64,000 nt of DNA from the human T2T-CHM13v2.0 reference genome, Homo sapiens. Below are positions 55,920 to 64,000 of the stretch, one piece after another (the stretch's first letter is position 1; every line of letters starts with the position of its first letter). A model generated the notes under the pieces. That model was not told the origin of the DNA, did no database searches, and was given only the letters and a program-made list of their open reading frames with translations. The stretch lies in assembly GCF_009914755.1 (NCBI RefSeq), contig NC_060931.1; one strand, given 5' to 3'. Both the position numbers and the translations under genes were made by a program.

Positions 55920-56123
55920 GTAAAGTTCTTATGCTAATCTCTTGCAGAAACCATTTTATCTTGCAGAAACTATTTTATTTAAAATAAATTTTAGCTCCAG
56001 GTTTTAGAGCAGCAGTTCATTCCCCTTAACATAAAAGAAAAATTATCCCATAGAATCAATGTATGCTAAAAATATGTTGAAGAAGTTTTTACTTGGAGTC
56101 ACATTCTCTGTTTTGCTTCTTAG

Positions 56124-56210
56124 TCTGATCCTATGGCTTATCTGATGGTCCCATACTACCCTAGGGCAAACCTGAATGCTGTTCAAGCCAACATGCCTTT
56201 AAATTCAGAA
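56124..56210 (+). CDS. STK31: STK31 exon (~20, 87 nt): SDPMAYLMVPYYPRANLNAVQANMPLNSE; hinge region
   Basis: ttttgcttcttag acceptor, GAA|gtaagt donor; phase 0/0. Confidence 0.95.
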
Positions 56211-56279
56211 GTAAGTAAAAAGCACTATTTATTTCCATGGATGTATTAAATGAGAAAATAACACCTGATATTTATTCAG

Positions 56280-56500
56280 GCATACTACATGCTATGTATT
56301 TTGTAAAATTTTGACTCATGGTATTCTATTTGTCACCTCAAGCCTGTGATAGAAGTTATCGTGTTATATAGATGAGAAAAAGCGTTAAAGGGATTAGATT
56401 AAGTGACTTGCACAGGGTCCGTTAGCCAGAGGTAGAGTTGGGACTCGAAATTAAGTCTTTCTGGTTCCAAAGCCCAAACTTACAACTGCTAAGCTGTGCT
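56280..56500. mobile_element. MIR
   Basis: ATAGATGAGAAAA...TTAAGTGACTTGCACAGGGTC core. Confidence 0.7.
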
Positions 56501-56699
56501 GTATGTGAACTGCCTAATATAGCACTTGGTACTGTAAGTGCTTAAGTGGCAGCTTTAATTTTTGTCATTGTAAGTTTAGGATTAGTAATAACAGTAAAGG
56601 AGGCCCTGATTCTTCTTATGGAGTAACACTGTTTCAGTCTCTTATAGCTACTTTACATGGTTGGTATTTGTAATCCAAGTCTTCTTTGAGATGATAGAA

Positions 56700-57020
56700 C
56701 AGGTGTCCTCAGACCCCAGGTCGCAGACTGGTACCAGTCTGTGGCCTGTTAAGAACAGGGCGGCACAGCAGGAGGTGAGTGGCAGGTGAGCAAGCATTAC
56801 TGCCTGAGCTCCACTTCCTGTAAGATCAGTAGAGGCATTAGATTCTCATAGGAGCATAAACTCTATTGTGAACTGTGCATGTGAGGGATCTAGGTTGCGC
56901 ACTCCTTGTAAGAATCTAATGCCTGTGATCTGAGGTGGAACAGTTTGATCCTGAAACCAACCCCCTGCATCCATGGAAAAATTGTCTTTCATGAAACCGG
57001 TCCCTGGTGCCCAAAAGGTA
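56700..57020 (+). mobile_element. MER1B (hAT-Charlie MITE)
   Basis: GCATTAGATTCTCATAGGAGC...GAAACCGGTCCCTGGTGCC. Confidence 0.88.
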
Positions 57021-57025
57021 TGATT

Positions 57026-57027
<2 letters not shown>

Positions 57028-57073
<46 letters not shown>

Positions 57074-57076
57074 ACA
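57028..57076. repeat. (CA)n microsatellite
   Basis: read directly from the sequence. Confidence 0.95.
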
Positions 57077-57263
57077 GGCACACATGGTATCACCATTACA
57101 AAATCAAGCCTTCATCTGGTCTTTCTCTATGCTGTATTCTTATTAATGGTTCATTTCGAGGAAACTTTACTCACTTCTAGAGCAGTCTTTTAATTAGAGA
57201 ACAGTTTCAAGATTAAAATGATTTGCCTACTTCCTCACTTCTTTTATGTGTACTTATCTATAG

Positions 57264-57413
57264 GAAACTTTAAAGGTCATGAAAGGTGTTGCCCAGGGTC
57301 TGCATACATTGCATAAGGCTGACATAATTCATGGATCACTTCATCAGAACAATGTATTTGCTTTAAACCGTGAACAAGGAATTGTTGGAGATTTTGACTT
57401 CACCAAATCTGTG
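57264..57413 (+). CDS. STK31: STK31 exon (~21, 150 nt): ETLKVMKGVAQGLHTLHKADIIHGSLHQNNVF...GDFDFTKSV; kinase subdomains VIa-VII
   Basis: tatctatag acceptor, GTG|gtaaga donor; recognisable kinase-fold motifs. Confidence 0.96.
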
Positions 57414-58089
57414 GTAAGATATCATGGTTTTACAAATAGGTTCTAGACTTTATTTAATATTATTAAGCAGTAGTTCAGCACTTATATATAATATAATACT
57501 TTATTATAGGATCTTTGTCTTCAGTTAAACTGTGTCATGTAGTATAAGCAACTATTTGCCCTCAGCTAGATGCTAGAACAGCAGGAGTATTGTGTATTTT
57601 AACCATAAGTCTTAGGAGCTACCTGACATTATATACTCAATGGCATTGACAACATTAATAATTTTGTCATCATTAGGAAACATTTAATTGCTAGGAAACA
57701 TGTAAGGAAACTAGGTGGCCATCTCCTAAACCTCTCTCCACTGGTGTCCCTCCGTCTATAGATACAATTTACATATACGTACTTTGCTGTTTTTTGATTA
57801 ATAATGTGCATTTTTAGAAACCGGGGAACCTTGGACTTTTTAGTTTAAATCCTGATTCACCTCTAATGGCTGTTAATTCAGTGTCATATTACCTCAGAAT
57901 AGGCAGTTTGTAGAGATAGCAAAATCACACAATTTAAGAGCATGTTGTGATTTTTTTGTCGTTATAATGGAAACAATTCTCTATTTTAATTGAGAAATAA
58001 AAATTGTATATATTTATCATATACAACATGATGTTTTGAAGTATGTATACAATGTGGAGTGGCCAAATCAGTAATTATTTTTCTAAACA

Positions 58090-58730
58090 TTACAGCTTTA
58101 TTGAGATACAATTCACATAATGTATACAATTCATTAATAGTTTGTAGTACATTCACAAAGTCGTGCAGTGATAACCAGTATTGAATTCCAGAACATTATT
58201 AACATTCCCAAAAAGAAAATCCATACTGATTAGCAGTCACTCAAATTTCCCACTTCTTCTCAAGCCTGGAAACTACGAATACACTTTCTGTCTCTATGGA
58301 TTTGCCTATTTGGACATCTCATGTAAATGGAATGATACAATATGTGGCCTTTTATGCTAATTTCACTTAGCATAGTGTTTTCAGAGTTCATCCACGTTAT
58401 TGACTGCATCAAAATGTCATTCCTTTTTATTGCCAAATTATATTTCATTGTATGGATGCACCACATTTTGTTTATATATTCATCAGTTGCTGGACATTTG
58501 GTTGTTTATACTTATTGGTTATATGAATAATGCTGCTATGAGCTTTAGCATACAATATTTTTTGTGTGGACATGTTTTCATTTCTCTTGGGAGTGGAATT
58601 ACTGGGTTACATTGTTTTACTTTTTGAGGAGCCAAACTGTTTTCCAAAGTGGCTACATCATTTTATATTCTTCCCAGTAATGTATAGGGATTTTGTTTTC
58701 TCTACATCCTTGCCAATATTTTTTATTATC
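58090..58730 (-). mobile_element. L1MB 3' end
   Basis: CTTTCTGTCTCTATGGATTTGCCTATTTGGACAT; ORF2 tail peptide MWCIHTMKY. Confidence 0.82.
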
Positions 58731-60107
58731 TGAGCAATTCCCTTTGACTAGTGTATGTTATAATGCTTTTATACTTTGGTCATCTGCAAGTCATAGTGTA
58801 ATGCTACTGGAGTATATATAGTCTTAATGGTTTTGATATGGTAGCTCAAAAAGATGAGAAAATGAAACTGCAACTGTGATCAAAAGCTGGATTGTACAGG
58901 ATTTATACAGATTGATTTTCTGAAATATTTACTTTATTACATTAGTTTAACAAAATTAAGATATCCTAAGAAATATAACTAAATTATGAATTTTGAAAGA
59001 TCTCAACCTTCAGGGGTTCTGGTTAGTTTACCTTTTGAGCATACTATTTGCATAATTATAGATATGACTACAATAATTACTCTTTAGTCATTCGTCATCT
59101 GTTATTATTCCCCAAAACATTGTTTTTAATTTTCAGTTAAAAATATTTATTCTGAAATATTGATCAAACTCACCTTTTGCTACATTTTCCATGCAATTTT
59201 CAGATTGAAGTGGTTATCAGGAAGATAAATTTGAAAAGTAGTCTGAGGTCAAGATCATTGCTTTTCAGGCCTTATAGTGCATACAACTCACCTGGGGTTC
59301 ATGTTAAAATGCAAATTAATATTCAGCATTTCTGCAGTGGATCATCTGCATTTCTAACAAGCTACCAGTTAATGCTGTAGCTCCTGGCCCTTGGACCATA
59401 CTTTGAGAAGCAAGGATCAAAATCGTAGCTAGAAAAAAGATAGCACTTAGTGACACATGCTAGGCATTGTATCTCTGTAAGGTAGACATTATTTCCATTT
59501 TACAAATTAATTCAGGCTCAAAGAGGTTTACACCTACTATGTACCCATAAAAATTAAAAATAAATTTTAAAAATGGACAAAAAAGAGGTTAAAGCCCTCG
59601 GTCCCACAGCAAATAAATAGGAGAGTGGGGAATTGTAACCAAGATCTGCCTGAATATAGGATTCATGCTATTGTCACTGATCATCTTTGACATGTTAGAA
59701 ATGGTATATTTAGAGAATGATCAGTAAGGAAGGAAAGTGCTTTGTAGGATTTCAGTTCTTAAATGAATTATTTAGAATTTTCAGAATTAGAACATGGCAC
59801 TGCTGCTCACTCTTGTGAAATTTATTTTTTAAAAAGAGTATCAAATGTTTAATCACAGAATAAGTGGTTGTTAGTATTAAATCTGTTCAAGTCTACAAAG
59901 TGAATGTAAAAAAAAGTCCCATAGTTAATTTATTAGACTGATTTTAAGAGCAATTTATAATAGCAGAAATTGGTAAAAATATTTGAAAGCAAGGGAATGA
60001 AATATTTAAAATGAATTTGTTTTTTGTATTGATTAAATGCAGAGTACTTCACAGAAAGTCACCTCAACTGTGTTGTATCTGAAATATGTAAAATATTGTT
60101 TTTGCAG

Positions 60108-60230
60108 AGTCAGCGAGCCTCGGTGAACATGATGGTTGGTGACTTGAGTTTGATGTCACCTGAGTTGAAAATGGGAAAACCTGCTTCTCCAGGTTCAGAC
60201 TTATATGCTTATGGCTGCCTCTTATTATGG
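60108..60230 (+). CDS. STK31: STK31 exon (~22, 123 nt): SQRASVNMMVGDLSLMSPELKMGKPASPGSDLYAYGCLLLW; subdomains VIII-IX
   Basis: tttttgcag acceptor, TGG|gtatgt donor; SPE (APE-like) and SDLYAYG (DxWxxG-like) motifs. Confidence 0.96.
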
Positions 60231-60610
60231 GTATGTTATTTTTTTGTTGAAATAGATCATATATATATATATTTCAGTATATAAAGTGATGATTTTATAG
60301 TGATTCTCCTTAAAAATAAAAAGCAGCAGACTTTTAGTAGAACTTTAAGTTTTAACAAAAACTATTGATATGCTTCCTATTACCTATTGTGTACTTTCTA
60401 CAAATTGGCTTGATGTATATTTTAGGTATCATGCTATTGTCTTGGTTCTGTTGAAGTCAAGATTAACAGTGAAGATGATTTTGTCCTACATTAATCTGAA
60501 AGCAATTCATGCATATATGGAAAATAAATGTTAAATAAGCCTTGGGTATATTCCTGCTTCCAGTGTAGACCAAATAGCTGTTTCTCATCCATAGTTTAAG
60601 AATTAAGAAG

Positions 60611-60928
60611 TTGGATGGAGCTGGAGACCATTATCCTAAGCGAATTTACTGTGGCTCAGAAAGCCAAATACTGCATGTTCTCACTTATAAGTGGGAGCTA
60701 AACACTGAGTACATATGGACACAAAGAAGGGACACTGGGGTCTACTTGAGGGTGGAGGTTGGGAGAAAGGTAAGGATTGAAAAACTACCTGTTAGGTATT
60801 AGGCTGATTACCTGGGTGACAAAATTATCTGTACACCAAACTCCCATGACACACTGTTTACCCATGTAACAAACCTGCACATGTACCCCTTGAACCTAAA
60901 ATAAAAGTTGGAAGACAAAAAAATAAAA
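60611..60928 (+). mobile_element. older L1PA (PA13-16-like) 3' end
   Basis: CATGTTCTCACTTATAAGTGGGAGCTAAAC...CCCTTGAACCTAAAATAAAAG. Confidence 0.85.
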
Positions 60929-61102
60929 AGCTTGTTTCATGTTGTACTGCTATTTTACGTAGAGAATGCCTCTTTTTCCAAAGTCTTGAGTGTGACAAAA
61001 CCTTATCTTTGTTGATCACATAAATAAAAATAATCTCCTTGTTAGAAAAACAAGAGTTAAGAGGGATTAAGTATTAAGAGAAGGAAGACTATTCTTATCA
61101 GC

Positions 61103-61410
61103 CCAGGGGCCAGCAAGCATTTTCTGTAAAGGACCAGATGGTCTCTGTTGCAAGTACTGAGTTCTGCTGCTATAGCATGAAAGCAGCCATAGACAGTATG
61201 TAAACAAATCAGTGTGGCTCTTTTCCAGTAGTACTTTATTTATGGATATTGAAATTTGAATTTCATGTAGTTTGCATGTGCATGAAATAGTATTCCTTCA
61301 GTTTGCTATTAAACATTTAAAAATGTGAAAACTACCCTTGGCTTGCAGCTGTACAAAAACAAGTAGTGGAATCAGTTTGGTGCAGAGGCCATATAGTTTG
61401 CTGATCTCTG
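61103..61410 (+). mobile_element. MER58B-like hAT MITE
   Basis: TTTTCTGTAAAGGACCAGAT...GCAGCCATAGACA...TAGTTTGCTGATCTCTG. Confidence 0.8.
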
Positions 61411-61414
61411 TTCC

Positions 61415-63410
61415 AATCAGTGTAATAAGGTCAAAAAAAGAAATAAAAGTCATAGAGTTTGAAAATGAAGAAATAAAGCTGTCTTTATTTGCAGATGACA
61501 TGCTTAATTATGTAGAAAATCTTTGAGAATGTACATAAAAGCTACTAGAACAAATGAGTTTAGAAAGATAGCAGTTTTAATTTCAATATAATTGTGTTTT
61601 TATATAAGCAACAAATAATAGGAAATTAAAATTTAAAAATCATTTACAAAAGTATTAAAATATGGAATTTGTAGGGGTAAATTTAGTAAAAGATGTGCAA
61701 GAGTTGCACACTATTAAAACTACAAAGCATTGTTCAGAGAAACTCAAGAAGACATAAATAAATGGAGCGATACACCATGCTCATGGACTAGAAGACATTG
61801 TATGGATATCAGTTGTTCTTGGCTTATAGATTCGATGCAATTTCAACAAAATTGCTGGTAGATTTTGCTTATTTTTTCAGAAATTGACAATTAGATTTTA
61901 CAATTAATATAAAAATGGAGAGGATCTGAGATAGCCAAAACAAGTTTGAAAAAGAACAAAATTGAAGGACCCAAACTACCTGATTTTATGACTTAATAGA
62001 TTCTAGGAAATTAAGACAATGTAGGCCTAGAGTGGTGGTTCAAAACTGTAATCCCAGCACTTAGGGAGGCTGATGCAGGAGGATTGCTTAATGCCAGGAG
62101 TTGAAGACTAGCCTAGGCAACACAAGTGAGCACCCCCTGTCTCTACAAAAAATAGAAATTAGCTGGGTGTAATGGCGTGTCTGTGGTTCTAGCTCCTTGG
62201 TAGGCTGAGACAGAAAGATTGTTGGAGTCCAGGAGTTTAAGGCTACAGTAAGCTATGACTGCTCCACTGCACTCTAGCCTAGGCTACAGAGCAGGACCCT
62301 GTTTCTAAAAACACAAGTGATACTGCTGTGAAGTTAGCTGTCCAGATGAATGGAGCAGAATAGAGACAATATAAATAGACTGCACATGTATGATAACTGG
62401 CTTTTGACAAAGATGCCAAGGCAGTTCTCTGGGTAAAAGGAGAATCTTCAACAAAAATGATACAGGCCAACTCATACCATATGTAGAGAATAAATTTTGA
62501 TTCATTTCTTATACCATGCACAAAAATTAGCTCAAAATGTGTATCAGACCTAAATGTAAAACGTGAGTCTAAAACTTATAGAAGAAAACATAGGATGAAA
62601 TATTTGACTTTCGATTTGGCAAAGATTTCTTAAGTAGGACACAGAAAACATCAACTCTAAAAGAAAAAAATCATTTGGATTTCATCAAAATGGAAAACCT
62701 TGCTCTTCTAAAGACATTGTCACAAAAATGAAAGGCAAGCTACAGACTAGGAGAAAATATTTGCAAAACATATATCTGACAAAAATATTATATCCAGATT
62801 ATCAAGAGCTCCTACAATCAATACTAAGAAGACTGCCCAGTTAAGAAATGGGCAAAATATTTGAACAGGTACTTTACCAAAGAAGGTGTCCACATGGCAT
62901 GTAAGCATGTGAAAGATGCTCTGAACACCATTTGTCATTAGGGAACTACAGATTAAAACCAAAATGAGATACCACTATACTACTCACTATAATGTATAAA
63001 ATTAAAAAGATCGTACCAACGGTTGCTTAGATCTGTTGTACCTAGAACTCATATATATTGCCCAGGGGAATGTAAAGGGAACAACCACTTTGAAAAACAT
63101 TTGGCAGTTTGTTAAAAGGTTGAACATATTCCTACCCTATGACCCAGCAATTCCACTTCTAGATATTTAGCCAAGAGAAATGAAAGCATATGTCCACACA
63201 AAGATTTGTATGTAAATATTGAAAGAATTTATGTGTAATAGATGAAAACTAGAAACAACTCAAAGTCCATCAACAGATGAATGGAAAAACAGTCTGCTAT
63301 GTATGTGTCTATCCATTGGAATACTACTCAGGAATAAAACGATTGAACTATAAATATAACTCAGTAAGATAGGTGAGTCTTAAAATAATTCTGCCAAGAG
63401 AAAGAAGCCA
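61415..63410 (+). mobile_element. old L1M ORF2 3' part with an AluJ (62024-62312) inserted
   Basis: [14 protein letters not shown] motif; later ORF2 motifs. Confidence 0.85.
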
Positions 63411-63412
63411 GA

Positions 63413-64000
63413 TGATAAGGTTTGGCTGTGTCTCCACCCAAATCTCACATTGAATTGTAATCCCCATGTTTCAAGGGTGGGGTCAGGTGGAGATAATTGA
63501 ATCATGGGGGTAGTTTCCCCCATGCAGTTCTCGTGGAAGTAAGTCTCACAAGATCTGATGATTTCATAAGGGGCATTTTCCCTTTTGCTTGGCACTTCTT
63601 GCTGCCGCCATGTGAAGAAGAATGTGTTTACTTCCCCTTCTGCCATGATTGTAAGTTTCCTGAGGAATCCCCAGTCATGCTGAACTGTGAGTCAATTAAA
63701 CCTCTTTCCTTTATAAATTACCCAGTCTTGGGGATGTCTTTTATTAGTGGTGTGAGAAGGGACCAGTACAGTAAATTGGTACAGAGAGTGGAATGCTGCT
63801 GTAAAGATACCCGAAAATGTGGAAGCAGCTTTGGAACTGGGTCATGGGCAGAGGTTGGAGGGCTCAGAAGAGGACAGGAAGATGTGGGAAAGTTTGGAAC
63901 TTCCTAGAGACTTGTTGAATGGCTTTGAGCAAAATGCTGATAGTGATATGGCCAGTGAAGTCCAGGTTGAGGTGGTCTCACCTGGAGATGAGGGACTTGT
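63413..64000 (+). mobile_element. THE1 (C/D-like) MaLR 5' LTR (63413-63770) plus start of the internal region
   Basis: TGATAAGGTTTGGCTGTGTC...GTCAATTAAACCTC...TACA, then GTAAATTGGTAC internal start. Confidence 0.9.

Overview
Human (primate) genomic DNA from the middle of STK31 (TDRD8), the germline/cancer-testis Tudor plus kinase-like gene, on the + strand. I reconstructed 16 consecutive GT-AG coding exons (4851..60230; 2277 nt, 759 codons, no stops). They are probably exons 7-22, but that numbering is from memory. They encode the C-terminal half of the extended Tudor/SN fold, a leucine zipper, a long helical region and most of a degenerate kinase domain. The rest is intron, dense in retroelements: about 20 Alus, a full-length L1PA7-like element with a younger L1 inside it, a 5'-inverted L1PA8-like element carrying a HERV-K LTR5B solo LTR, and MER21, MER4, MER57 and THE1 LTRs. 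DNA transposons (Tigger2a twice, MER6, Tigger3a, MER1B, MER58B) and several tandem repeats are also present. Repeat subfamilies were called by eye from remembered consensus motifs, and their boundaries are approximate unless target-site duplications (TSDs) are given. I found no convincing new biological system. The best leads are: a possible stop-free exon 7-8 circRNA between inverted Alus; 12 consecutive phase-0 exons with several weak splice sites; an L1 antisense promoter placed to make a kinase-only isoform; two L1 3' transductions; and an almost in-register L1-into-L1 chimera.
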